From: Ignavibacteriota bacterium
GTDB taxonomy: Bacteria > Bacteroidota > Ignavibacteria > Palsa-1295
Reading direction: 5' to 3'
Assembly: GCA_963794025.1 (NCBI GenBank)
Contig: CAWCCK010000003.1
Location: 2,414-66,413 of the forward strand
Length of the DNA stretch: 64,000 nucleotides
Notes under the pieces: model-generated
Seen by the model: the letters and a program-made list of their open reading frames with translations, nothing else
The model's database searches: none
What the model was told of the DNA's origin: nothing
Made by a program: the position numbers and the translations under genes
Shown here: positions 38,201-48,561 of the stretch, one piece after another
Position numbering within the stretch: position 1 is the stretch's first letter
Layout: every line of letters starts with the position of its first letter

Positions 38201-38383
38201 TGGGATGCGACCGGGCCAGCGCACCTCACGATCTACGATGCGCTTGGCCGAACGATCGTTTCCAAAGAGGTGACGAGCAGCCAATTCGATTTCTCGCCGC
38301 CCGAAATTCCATCCGGATTTTATACCATCGACGTATCCATTGGCAGTACACATTTGCGAAGACAAGTGATCGCGTCAAATTAG
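35232..38383 (+). CDS. Subtilisin-family (S8) serine peptidase with T9SS C-terminal domain. The signal/propeptide part (35232..35663) and the catalytic part (from 35801; frame open from 35591) are in different frames across a hairpin-element insertion.
   Basis: Signal peptide and propeptide-like start. …IQIAEPEYI… propeptide end. Catalytic triad contexts DDDSDGFIDD(D), HGTQTAG(H), GTSFAAPNAAG(S). C-terminus …LEVFPNPFHNTLHIAW…. Confidence 0.75.
35600..35660. repeat. GGGAGAGGG-family hairpin element (longer variant) GCCTCTCCCCCAACCCCCTCATCGTCGGCGATGCCTCCCTGCTGGGCGAGGGGGC at the S8 frame break.
   Basis: Same 5' half as the methyltransferase copy. Contains C-homopolymers where a 1-nt miscall would change the frame. 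Confidence 0.6.
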
Positions 38384-38430
38384 GTTTTTCTTGCGCCGCA
38401 CATTTTTCGTCGTATATTGTATAAATTTTA

Positions 38431-38442
38431 ATAGGCACCTAT
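38431..38442. promoter_or_regulatory. Palindrome ATAGGCACCTAT 14 bp upstream of the ssb start codon. Candidate operator.
   Basis: Identical 12-mer to the dinB site. Confidence 0.45.
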
Positions 38443-38455
38443 TCAATAAAACATC

Positions 38456-38929
38456 ATGGCATTTAGCATTAACAGAGCAACATTAGTCGGAAACGCGGGC
38501 AAAGACGCGGAAATTCGTTATACGGGTTCGGGAGCGCCGGTCGCATCCTTTACGATCGCGACCACGGAAAGCTGGACGGACAAGGCTGGTCAGAAACAAG
38601 AGCGAACCGAATGGCACAACATTAAAGCCTGGAATTGGCTTGCGGAATACTGCAACGAAAACGTGAAAAAAGGAAAGCGCGTCTTAGTCGAAGGCCGAAT
38701 TACAAACCGCAGTTACGACGATAAAGATGGCGTAAAAAAATATATTTCCGAGATCGAAGCCTCGACGGTAATGACGATGGAACGCACTGCCGCCGGCAGT
38801 GGGCAAGCTCCTGCTCCGTCAGGATCAAACTATCGTCCGGCAAGCGCCCAGCGCCCGGCGCCACAATCTACAGCTCCGGAACCGGAATATGAGCCGCAGG
38901 ATGCTCCGGTGGATGATCTCCCGTTTTGA
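38456..38929 (+). CDS. ssb: Single-stranded DNA-binding protein.
   Basis: OB-fold N-terminus (…LVGNAGKDAEIRYT…TEWHNI…). Gly/Pro/Gln-rich linker. Acidic C-terminal tail DDLPF. Confidence 0.9.
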   Translation: MAFSINRATLVGNAGKDAEIRYTGSGAPVASFTIATTESWTDKAGQKQERTEWHNIKAWNWLAEYCNENVKKGKRVLVEGRITNRSYDDKDGVKKYISEIEASTVMTMERTAAGSGQAPAPSGSNYRPASAQRPAPQSTAPEPEYEPQDAPVDDLPF

Positions 38930-38959
38930 TAGTCCCGGAGGGACGCAATGGCTACCAAA

Positions 38960-39394
38960 TCATCTATTATTCAATCGCCAAATGAGATAGACCACGATCA
39001 ACGCATTGACGGCAACCAGCACGAATTTGAATGCATCCGGCTTGTGAACTATTTCGTATATTTCTAACGGAAGGAACGAGGCCGTTACGATGGATGTGAA
39101 ATATTCCGCCCATCGTTTTTGGAGGAGCAGGCCGATGCCTTCCGTAGCAAAGATCGCGGCATAAAAGAACGAACCGAGGCTTATCAGTTCGATTCGTCCT
39201 TTGGTAGCAACTCCAAGCATTTTTGTTACGCTTCGTAATAAACGAAAATGAGAATCGCCGCTGAGATGCGTAACGAACTGCGTAGCATCGTCACGAATTT
39301 TCAAATCAAGCAGCGAGATCGCGCCCAATGCAACGACGAGCAAGAGCGCAGCCTTCGCAAGCTTGAAAATTCCGATTAACGTATCGCCGGACAT
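38960..39394 (-). CDS. Hypothetical membrane protein (four predicted TM helices).
   Basis: Hydrophobicity pattern only. Confidence 0.45.
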   Translation of the reverse strand: MSGDTLIGIFKLAKAALLLVVALGAISLLDLKIRDDATQFVTHLSGDSHFRLLRSVTKMLGVATKGRIELISLGSFFYAAIFATEGIGLLLQKRWAEYFTSIVTASFLPLEIYEIVHKPDAFKFVLVAVNALIVVYLIWRLNNR

Positions 39395-39407
39395 ACTTAA
39401 TTTGTCA

Positions 39408-40388
39408 TTACGTAGCGAGTATTTTCGCCATTTGGAAGAGACTTAAATCTAATTCTTTTTTGTGCGTGGCAACGTCCGAGAGCGGCGTATCTACGATAGT
39501 GCCGTTATGAATGCCGATCAGAATTCCGTGACGGCCTTCGGCGATACGCTCGATGGCTGCTACGCCAAAACGCGCAGCGAGAATGCGATCCGACGCGCTG
39601 GGAACTCCGCCGCGCTGCACGTGGCCTAAGATCGTGGTGCGGATCGTAAAACCCGCCATTTCTGCATGACCGGAGATAGCCGTCGTCAGCGCGTTGGCGT
39701 TATAGGCTGCGCCTTCGGCAACGACGACGAGCGCGTGATTCTTGCCACGCCGGTATGCGCTTAGAATATCGCGGGCTACGTCATCCGGGTTCATTTCTAC
39801 TTCGGGGATCACGACGGTTTCCGCGCCGCCGGCAATGCCGCACACGAGCGCAAGATACCCGCATTTCCTTCCCATTACTTCGACGAGCACCGCGCGCCTA
39901 TGGGAAGATGCTGTCACTTTCAACCGGTCGATCGCTTCGAGCGCAATGTTCGTTGCCGTATCGACGCCGAGCGTAATGTCGGAACCATAGACATCGTTAT
40001 CGATCGTCGAGGCAATGCCGATGACTGGGAACCCAAGCTTGGAAAGTTCATATGCACCGATCTGCGAGCCGTTGCCGCCGATCACGATCAGCGCATCAAT
40101 GCGAAACTCTTCTAAATTTTTCAGCGCCTTCACGCGTGCCTCGTGATTTCGGAATTCCTCCGAACGCGAGCTTCCCAAGAATGTCCCGCCTTGTTGGATC
40201 ACGCCGCCGACATCGCGGGCCAGCAGTTTGATGAAATCGCCGGCGAGCAGGCCATCGTAGCCATTACGAACGCCGAAGATCTTCATCTCTTTTTCGCTGC
40301 CGGCGCGTACCACCGCCCGTATTGCCGCGTTCATCCCCGGCGCATCTCCGCCGCTTGTCAGTACTGCTATTCGATTCATAGGATACAA
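39408..40388 (-). CDS. pfkA: ATP-dependent 6-phosphofructokinase.
   Basis: RIAVLTSGGDAPGMNAAIRAVVR… and GYDGL / …IGGNGS… motifs. Confidence 0.9.
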   Translation of the reverse strand: MYPMNRIAVLTSGGDAPGMNAAIRAVVRAGSEKEMKIFGVRNGYDGLLAGDFIKLLARDVGGVIQQGGTFLGSSRSEEFRNHEARVKALKNLEEFRIDALIVIGGNGSQIGAYELSKLGFPVIGIASTIDNDVYGSDITLGVDTATNIALEAIDRLKVTASSHRRAVLVEVMGRKCGYLALVCGIAGGAETVVIPEVEMNPDDVARDILSAYRRGKNHALVVVAEGAAYNANALTTAISGHAEMAGFTIRTTILGHVQRGGVPSASDRILAARFGVAAIERIAEGRHGILIGIHNGTIVDTPLSDVATHKKELDLSLFQMAKILAT

Positions 40389-40971
40389 AAATACCAGAAT
40401 TATGAGCGCACCGGGTGAAGTTTTAAATTAAAGCTATGCGAAGTTTTAAATTATAGCTATTTTTTAAACCCTCCGACCGTTGAAGAATCTATCTATTAGC
40501 TTATTCGTGAAACCTTTGGGTGATCTCAGGTCATCTTCTGGAAGCTCCTCTCATTTTCGAAAGGAGCGCCACAGTAACTTGAATATATTTTTAAAACATT
40601 ATTTTTTGAACTGCATGTAACTTTGGGGCATCTTCTCGTGTCGATCTGAGACGGGAAGGTGGGATTTCTTGACTCATCGCGACGATGAATGATTCATCGC
40701 TGAAAATAAATTGGGATTAAAAATTCTGAATTTTCACTCTTACCCTCGAAAATTGTCGTATATTTGTGGGAAATTGTAGGAAAAAACGCCCTTACAGAAA
40801 AAAACCTGTGATGTTTTGCTCTGAGCGGGGTTATCCTCAATAAGCCGGTTTCTTTGTTCGTCAGTCAGCCGGTTTTTTCCGTCATCGGTGTTTGGTATTC
40901 TTCGTTTGCTTTCCGTCAAAATTGTTCATTTTTAATTCACTTTCGTCAAAAAACATAACTTAGATACGTTT

Positions 40972-43887
40972 ATGAAAACTTGGAATCGATTCTTTTTTAG
41001 GGGTATTAGCGCGCTGGCTATACTTTTCCTTGTGACAGCGTTCGCGGCAAATGCTTCGGCGCAGTACGCTTTACTTATGCCTAAACAGACGTTTAGCACG
41101 AATGCTCTGCCGAGCGGCTGGTCGTGCGGCGATTGGGGCAGCGAGGACGTTAACCAAGGAATTCCATATTGGTTTTGGAATTCAACTAACCCGAGCGGCA
41201 CCGGTGGTTGTGCCATGGACGATATTTGGGACTATAACCCCGATGCGATAACCACCCCTACGGTGAACGCAAGCATGTACACCGCTCCAGGCGATTCCGT
41301 GTGGGTGGATTTCGATTTCTTCTGGGAATATAGCGGAAATGATTATGATTATCAGTATTATTATGGTTATACGCTCGATGAATTCGAGATCGACGCTAAT
41401 TCGGATGTGTTAGTGAGCGGTACAACCGATCAATTGTACACGTATTACAATACGAACGATTACAACTATGATGTAGCTCAGTCCTCCTCTTCGGCATGGC
41501 AGCACTATCACCTTTTAATTCCTGTTGAAGATCGCAACTCTGAGTTGCAAATAAATTTCTTATCTAATTACGATGAGTATGGCGGCCCTGGTTTAACGGA
41601 TGCCGCGATCACCAATGTGACGATCACAGCGTACCCGCCGCCACCGGTTCCTGAGCTTTCGCTGACCCCGAAGACGCTCAGCTTCGGTACTGCTACGCCG
41701 AACGGGCCGGTAACGCTTTATGCGAACGTGCAGAACGTAGGCGCATTGCCGCTTAGTATTTCAAGCACCAGCTTTGGTGGAGCGAATGCGTCCTATTATT
41801 CCGTCGTTAGCGGCCCCAGTGAAGGAACGCTTATCCAGCCCGATAGCTCCGTTCAATACGGTATTCAATTCCAGCCATTTTCGAACGGTGTGCTCACGGG
41901 CACGTTTACCGTCGTGACCGATGGTCAGGATTCGGGAACGCAGACCATTAATTTGACAGGCATCGGCGCGGTTCCGGATGTTTCGTATAGTTCCAATAGG
42001 ATGTTCCAGGGAGTAAATATTGAATTGACGCATACTTCCGCAGTACAATATCTGTATGTGAACTCGACAGGTCACGGTCCGCTCACGGTCAATAGCGTAT
42101 CATTCTATGGCCTCGATGAAAGGGATTACAATATTGTTTATCAGCCTGACGGCCCGATCTCGCCTGGCGGCGTGGATTCGATCGGCGTTCAATTTACGCC
42201 GAGTGTAGAGGGCTTGCCGGATGCACACATGGTGATCAATTCTACGGGAATAAATAACCCCTCCGACACGGTGCTGATGTACGGCGTAGGAATTCTTCCG
42301 CATTTAGCGATTGATAGCGCAAAATCCTGGCCGCTTCCTACTACCGTGAATTTCGATTCGGTGCAGCTTGGCTCCAGTAGCTGCCTGACCGTTCAGTTGA
42401 CGAACCCCGGTTCAGACACTGTCGCCATCGAGCAGAATTACTTCGAGAGCGCCGATCCCGATTTCACTCTTACGCCGCTCACCGGGCGCGATACACTGAT
42501 CCCGCCGGGCGGTTCGCAGATCATTACGGTGTGCTTCTCGCCGGTTCAGCAAGGAACGCGGCTTGCAGCGCTTCGCATCCGAACCAACATTCCGAATACC
42601 TTAACGAAGCCCGTGCAGGATACAAGCCAATTCACGGTTAACTTCGTTGGCAAAGGCGTGCCGACCGGCAAGCTTTTGATCACCGGCCCATTGACGAACG
42701 GCACTACGCTCATTGATAAATCCGTCTGCGTAACCGATACCTTCTGGAATACCGGCGATGCCGCGCTTACCATCGATAGCGTAGCTATCACCGGCGCGAA
42801 TGCGGCTGATTTTACGGCTTCGTACACCATCCCGCTTCCGTTCACAATGGCTGCAAATTCCATCCAAACCTTCAGCGTTTGCGCTGACCCAGCCGATACC
42901 GGCACGGAAACAGCAGTCCTGACGGGCTATGGAACGAGCAACGAAAGCCCGGCTATTGCCACGCTCGCGCTTGTGGTTTATGGGCAGTCCTTGAACGATA
43001 CTGCTGTTGTTACGCAGGCATTCCCCGGGAACTGCGGGCTGGATACGGAAGTAGTCACGGTTACGAACACCGGTAATGTGCTCGCAACGTATGTTGCAAG
43101 TATTTCCGGCGGTACGAACGCAAGCGATTTCGTCGTGACGCCTATTTCCTCGCAGGAAGTATCTGGCGGCGGCACAGCCACCTTCACGATCGTATTTACA
43201 CCTTCGACAACCTCGCTCGAAACAACGGATCTGATCGTCACGGGCGGCGTCACTACAACGATCCCGCTATCGTCCACCGGCAGCGTCGCTGTGATCAATG
43301 GTTCCGGCACTGCGGCTGTAGCCACGCCAAGCGGCCCGGTCGAGAACTTTACCGATACGCTGATAAACACGGGAACCTGCACCTGGACGCCCGGCGTGCC
43401 GGTATTGCCACAGGGTTCACCGTTCGCGTATCTAAATGGCGGCATGGCTCCGATCCCGGCTGGCGGGACGGGTATGCTCACCTTCACGTTTACGCCACCC
43501 TCAGAATCCGGCGAATACTCTGCGGCTGTTACATTCCCAAATCAGACGGGAATATCCATTCCAACCGCCAATGACAATGTGTTCGGGGTCGTATCCTCAG
43601 CGGATGTTGCATCCTCGGTTTTCAACGGCTTCAGTCTCGAACAGAATTATCCGAATCCGTTCAATGAACAGAGCAATATCGAGATCACACTGCCGGTCGC
43701 AAGTTTGGTACATCTGACCCTCATCGACGTGTCGGGACAGGTTGTCGAAACGCTGCTCAACCAGCATTACGACGCCGGTTCGTTCGAGGTGACGCTGGAT
43801 GCAACCGGGCTTGCAAGCGGAACCTATTACTATCAAATGACCGCCGGGGACGTCACGCTCACCCGGCAGATGGTCATACTGAAGTAA
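40972..43887 (+). CDS. Large secreted cell-surface protein: repeated beta-sandwich ('choice-of-anchor D' / ASH-like) domains and a T9SS C-terminal sorting domain.
   Basis: Signal peptide. Repeats such as LSFGTATPNGPVTLYANVQNVGALPLSIS. C-terminus LEQNYPNPFNEQSNIEITLP…GTYYYQMTAGDVTLTRQMVILK. Confidence 0.7.
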   Translation: MKTWNRFFFRGISALAILFLVTAFAANASAQYALLMPKQTFSTNALPSGWSCGDWGSEDVNQGIPYWFWNSTNPSGTGGCAMDDIWDYNPDAITTPTVNASMYTAPGDSVWVDFDFFWEYSGNDYDYQYYYGYTLDEFEIDANSDVLVSGTTDQLYTYYNTNDYNYDVAQSSSSAWQHYHLLIPVEDRNSELQINFLSNYDEYGGPGLTDAAITNVTITAYPPPPVPELSLTPKTLSFGTATPNGPVTLYANVQNVGALPLSISSTSFGGANASYYSVVSGPSEGTLIQPDSSVQYGIQFQPFSNGVLTGTFTVVTDGQDSGTQTINLTGIGAVPDVSYSSNRMFQGVNIELTHTSAVQYLYVNSTGHGPLTVNSVSFYGLDERDYNIVYQPDGPISPGGVDSIGVQFTPSVEGLPDAHMVINSTGINNPSDTVLMYGVGILPHLAIDSAKSWPLPTTVNFDSVQLGSSSCLTVQLTNPGSDTVAIEQNYFESADPDFTLTPLTGRDTLIPPGGSQIITVCFSPVQQGTRLAALRIRTNIPNTLTKPVQDTSQFTVNFVGKGVPTGKLLITGPLTNGTTLIDKSVCVTDTFWNTGDAALTIDSVAITGANAADFTASYTIPLPFTMAANSIQTFSVCADPADTGTETAVLTGYGTSNESPAIATLALVVYGQSLNDTAVVTQAFPGNCGLDTEVVTVTNTGNVLATYVASISGGTNASDFVVTPISSQEVSGGGTATFTIVFTPSTTSLETTDLIVTGGVTTTIPLSSTGSVAVINGSGTAAVATPSGPVENFTDTLINTGTCTWTPGVPVLPQGSPFAYLNGGMAPIPAGGTGMLTFTFTPPSESGEYSAAVTFPNQTGISIPTANDNVFGVVSSADVASSVFNGFSLEQNYPNPFNEQSNIEITLPVASLVHLTLIDVSGQVVETLLNQHYDAGSFEVTLDATGLASGTYYYQMTAGDVTLTRQMVILK

Positions 43888-43914
43888 GAGTCTTTTTTCA
43901 TAGGATGTAGTCTT

Positions 43915-43945
43915 TGAAAGGGCTTCTCATGCGAGAAGCCCTTTC
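43915..43945. terminator. Intrinsic terminator hairpin GAAAGGGCTTCTCATGCGAGAAGCCCTTTC + T-run.
   Basis: Perfect 12-bp stem. Near-identical copy after the third paralog (48452-48488). Confidence 0.7.
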
Positions 43946-44030
43946 GTTTTTAGCGTGTCTGCATTCGTTCCACATTAATGTTTTTTGAACGGTTTTAAAT
44001 GCCAATGTGTTGTTTTTACTTCCATAAGAA

Positions 44031-45074
44031 ATGATAACCATGCGTACTCGAAGCGTCCTATTCCTTTCTGCTTTCAGCATCCTATATGCCGTTGGGCTTT
44101 TTTCTACAGCCTCTGCGCAGACCCTCTCGCGTGTGAACCAATATACCGCCCAGCCATTTAAGGCTACCTGGGTTGATATTTCAATGACCGGCGACACCTT
44201 CCATTATAACCAGACGGATCTTGGCTGGGGAACGATCTCCATGCCGTTCGATTTTCCGTACGATGGTACAATCGTCACCGCTGGAACGAAGATCAAGATC
44301 GGAGCATGCTGCGGCATTTCGCTTTCGTCCACCAACCCGCCGAACGGCCCCGGTCTCGATAGCGCGCAATACCCGGGATTGGTGTGCGTTTTTAGCGCGA
44401 TGGTCGTTGCGGGATTGGGGCATGCAACACCAGCGGATTCCGATTACTTTGAAGTGGATGGCTCTGCTCCGAACCGCGTGCTCACCGTTCAATATCATTA
44501 CGTACACATGGGCGGAACAGGAACCGGAGGCGGCAGCGGTGGTGGTGGTGGTGGAAATGACACCGGTATCAGCGCCACGATGATGCAAGTGAAATTTTTT
44601 GAAACCACCGGCGAAATCGATTTTATTTACCTCAAGCATAACAATCTCTTTGAAAAAGCCCCAGTAAGTTTGGGCGGCGTGGGGCTGAACGGATTCAGCA
44701 CACCGAGCTTCGTCGCTAACGAGTATGAAACCAAACTGACTGCCACGCCTGACACCGACATCCGATGGATACCCACGTTCAGCGGCGTTACCGAACAAGC
44801 GGCAACGACAGCGGGCGTTACGACAGGGAACTGTTATCCGAATCCAGCGCAGGACGCTGTCTCCATTCCCATCACGCTTGCAGAAGCGGGAACCCTCCGC
44901 ATCGAGATACGCGATGCCTCCGGCGCATTAGTTGCTACCGATAACGTAGGCAATATGTCCGCCGGAGAACACACCGTTGAATTGGGCACCAAAGATCTGC
45001 CGAGCGGTTCGTTTTTCTGTACTGCCATCTGCGGTCAGGCCAGCGTTACCAGGCACATATCCATCGTGAGGTAG
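44031..45074 (+). CDS. Secreted protein with T9SS C-terminal domain. N-terminal domain paralogous to the N-terminus of 45430.
   Basis: Signal peptide. …RVNQYTAQPFKATWVDIS… matches …RVNKYTMTTPTLTWTEIS… of the next gene. Gly-rich GTGTGGGSGGGGGGND. C-terminus …CYPNPAQDAVSIPITL…. Confidence 0.65.
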   Translation: MITMRTRSVLFLSAFSILYAVGLFSTASAQTLSRVNQYTAQPFKATWVDISMTGDTFHYNQTDLGWGTISMPFDFPYDGTIVTAGTKIKIGACCGISLSSTNPPNGPGLDSAQYPGLVCVFSAMVVAGLGHATPADSDYFEVDGSAPNRVLTVQYHYVHMGGTGTGGGSGGGGGGNDTGISATMMQVKFFETTGEIDFIYLKHNNLFEKAPVSLGGVGLNGFSTPSFVANEYETKLTATPDTDIRWIPTFSGVTEQAATTAGVTTGNCYPNPAQDAVSIPITLAEAGTLRIEIRDASGALVATDNVGNMSAGEHTVELGTKDLPSGSFFCTAICGQASVTRHISIVR

Positions 45075-45093
45075 GGGCCAATGGCATTGGCCC
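45074..45093. terminator. Palindromic hairpin GGGGCCAATGGCATTGGCCC + T-run (family D).
   Basis: Same palindrome as 16859-16880. Confidence 0.65.
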
Positions 45094-45429
45094 ATTTTTC
45101 GGGAATGAACAAATGACGTTATATCCCAAATGGGTTAATGCCATTAACCCCTACGAATTGGTATTGCGTTGTGTCCTTTCGATAAGAATTAAAAAGATCG
45201 TCCTATCCGATGTAACTTTTGGCACTATGCCCGTGTCCTTTGTTTTTGGGCTGATTTATGAGAGATGGAATACCCCTTCAATTTTCCAAATTTCGTGCAT
45301 CGAGCCTAAAAATGTCGTATCTTTGTAACAAGAGATGAAAATTTTTGCCGGAACGCGTTGCGGGAAGGGTGAGATTTTGCATTTCAATCCTTCTTTTTAA
45401 GCATCCTACTTGTTCTTCCGAAGTCACTA

Positions 45430-48421
45430 TTGCGAACATTTAACAACCCACAAACACCCATGAAAAATTGGAACAGCTCCTTTAGGTCATTATCTTTGGC
45501 GCGCGCTATTTTTAGCGTGATCCTACTCAGTACCCTCTCCTCAGGCGCGTTCGCGCAGGCCCGCGTGAATAAGTACACGATGACGACGCCCACACTTACG
45601 TGGACGGAAATTTCGGGTACCGGTGTCGAGTTTGCCGGCGGCCCAATTCGTTATTATAGCTCCTGCCAAACCACACTTCCGTTCGCGTTTAATTATGACA
45701 ATACGGCCTTGGCGGCGAATAGTGAACTTTTCTTATGGGAAGGAACGGTTCAGTTGGCCGGTAACACTAATACCAATTATTACGAAGCCCAGTATGCTGG
45801 CACTTCGTCCCTTCCTGGCACGATCTGCTACGCCGCGACCTATGGCTTTATCGGTTCCGGCGACCTTGGCGGAAATGCTTACTACCAGCTAACGGGCACA
45901 GCCCCGAACCGCGAGTTCACCCTGGAAATGCAAAATTGCCACAGCTTTGGCACTGGAAGCAATACGGTCTGCTCCGTTCAGATCCATTTCTTTGAAACGA
46001 CGAACGTCATCCAAATTCAATATCAAACTCACGGTACATCTGCATGGTCCGATGAGCCAATGACCATAGCTTTGGATGGATTTACTTCACCCTCGTTCGC
46101 AGAAGTTACCATTGCTACCAATCAGAGCAGCTCCCCTTCCACGGATTATCAATTTGCTTCCGCTCCTCCACAGGAACTTGCACTTGAGACCGTTCCTCCG
46201 GTGTTCCCGAAGACGCTGAACTTCGGCACGACAAATAACCAGACTCCCGTTACGATGTCGGTTACAGCCACAAGCGTAGGCAAGACCGGAAGTGCGCCGC
46301 TTACGATCAGTGGATATAGCTTCACCGGTTCCTCCTATTTTACAATGACCAGTGCCCCTCCGGTTATCGGCTCCACGCTCACTGCAACCCCGGTGACCTA
46401 TACTTTCAAGTTCCTGCCGTTCACGAACGGTAATCTTTCTGCCACATTCACGCTGACCACGAACGGCGTGGATTCCGGCTCGCAGACTATTACTCTGAAT
46501 GGTATCGGCGCGGTGCCATCAGTCTCCTATAGTTCCAATGCGATGTTCCGAGGCGTCAATACCGAAGTGACGGATACCTCCGGTGTGCAGTATCTTTATG
46601 TCAATGCCACAACTCCACCCGGCGGCGGTCCGGTGGTGGTCAACAGCGTGAACTTTATCGGAGTCGATGGTGGCAAAGCGTATTTTATTACGCATCTGCC
46701 TTCCGGTCCGCTTGCACCGGGCGCCGTAGATTCGATCGGCGTTCGCTTCGTACCCGATCTCGAAGGCGAGCCGGACGCGCACATGGTCATCAACACGACC
46801 GCGCTGAATCTCCCCTGGGATACGGTCGGGATGTACGGCGTGGGAATCCTTCCACATCTCGCCGTCGATAGCGCAAAATCGTGGCCGCTCCCGACGACGG
46901 TGAATTTCGATTCGGTGAAATTAGGATCGGATTCTATTATTACGGTACAACTGACCAATCCGGGTTCGGATACCGTGGCCATCGAGCGTAATTTCTTCGA
47001 GAGCAACGACCCTGATTTCACGATCGTACCGGTTACCGGCAGCGATACGCTTATCGCTCCCGGCGGTATGGAGAATATCCAGATCACGTTCACGCCTACC
47101 CAGCAAGGGACACGCGTAGCGGAAATTCGTATTCGCACGAACATCCCGCATACCGAGACGAACCCTGCTCGGGATACCAGCCAATTCATCATCAATGTGA
47201 TTGGCATTGGCGTACCGAACGGAAAGCTTTCCGTTACCGGCCCTGCAACTAATGGCAATGTGTCCGTGGGTAAATCGGGCTGCGTAACCGATACGCTTTG
47301 GAATACGGGTGCGGCTTCGCTTACGGTGAACACCCTGACGGTCACCGGCACGAACGGCACCGACTTTACGGTCAGCGGATTTACACCAGGAACGGTTTTA
47401 GCACCAAATTCAAGCTCGCTGTTCCAGGTGTGCGCCGACCCCAGCGATACCGGAGCAGCATCTGCGCTCTTGACGGCTAACGGCACGAGCAGTGAAAAGC
47501 CGATCAGCGCCACGCTGAATCTCGGCGTGTATGGCTTACTCATCGCCGATACGACGATCGTCGTCCAACCGTTTGCCGAAGGAAGCTGCGGAACGGATAC
47601 GATGATCGTCACCGTGACGAACACAGGTAATGTTTCGGAATCGTACACAGGTTCGATTCCCCTGAGTCCGAACTTCACACTGCTTGGCTCCGGCACCACG
47701 CCGCTGACCTCGGCGGGCGGCGTCGATACCTTTCTGGTACTCTTCACTCCGACGAGCGGAACGGCTACGGGAATGTTGAACGTCATCAGCGCAGCCGGTT
47801 CGAACAGCATTCCGCTCTCGGCATCCGGCGGGGCGGCTACGATTGCCGGTACGCAGGCTGCACCGATAACATCCATCGGTAATACATCGGCTAATTTTAC
47901 GGTGATGGTCAATAACACCGGCACCTGCCCGTGGACATCGGGCACACGAACGGACGATCCGCAATTCACGTATCGTGAGCGGAGGCCGGTACGATCGCGG
48001 CTGCCGGCAGCGCACCGTTCGATGTTCACACTCACACGCCAAATGTGGCAGGCGGAGCCTCCTATCCTGTAACATTCCTGAGTGCAACGGGCGCAACAAC
48101 CGCTGCTCCGGCAGTAACGATCACAGCGCATTGGATGGTGTCGCTGCAACCTCGGCCTCGAACGGCTTTAGCCTGAATCAGAATTACCCGAATCCGTTCA
48201 ACGAACAAAGCACTATCGAGATCACGCTGCCCACAGCCAGCTTGGTGCATTTGAGCATCATCGATGTGCAGGGACAGACGGTCGAGACACTGCTGAACCA
48301 GCATTACGATGCCGGCACCTTCGAGGTCACACTCGATGCAACAGGGCTTGCCAGCGGCACCTATTATTATCAGATGTCAGCGGGCAGCGTAACACTCACA
48401 CGCCAGATGGTCATCGTGAAA
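45430..48421 (+). CDS. Large T9SS cargo protein, paralog of 40972..43887. Two apparent frameshifts near the 3' end (about 47995 and 48125); the T9SS C-terminal domain is retained in ORF 47975..48592's frame.
   Basis: Central >60% similarity to the paralog (…HLAVDSAKSWPLPTTVNFDSV…). The reading continues in frame 3 (AEAGTIAAAGSAPFDVHTHTPNVAGGASYPVTFLSATGATTAAPAVTITAH). Frame 2 then gives …NGFSLNQNYPNPFNEQSTIEITLP…QMVIVK. Confidence 0.6.
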
Positions 48422-48451
48422 TTAAGAGTCTTTTTCATGGTTGTAGTCTTT

Positions 48452-48488
48452 GGAAGGGCTTCTCGAAAGAGAAGCCCTTTTTTTGACC
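48452..48488. terminator. Intrinsic terminator hairpin GGAAGGGCTTCTCGAAAGAGAAGCCCTTTTTTTT.
   Basis: Duplicated together with the paralogous cargo gene 3' end. Confidence 0.7.
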
Positions 48489-48561
48489 AGGATTTAACCG
48501 GGATGTTCAGGATGGGAAGGATTATGCAGGATGGATTTGCCCAATTGAGTGTTAGGGTGTT

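Noticed and set aside
46596-48149. 517-aa ORF on the minus strand opposite the T9SS cargo gene
   Set aside because: Antisense to a gene with strong protein-level conservation. High-GC repetitive coding regions commonly yield long antisense ORFs. Similar antisense ORFs were discarded at 2228..2800, 6284..6991, 8420..9118, 11789..12502, 27151..28194, 36704..37369 and 50049..50612.
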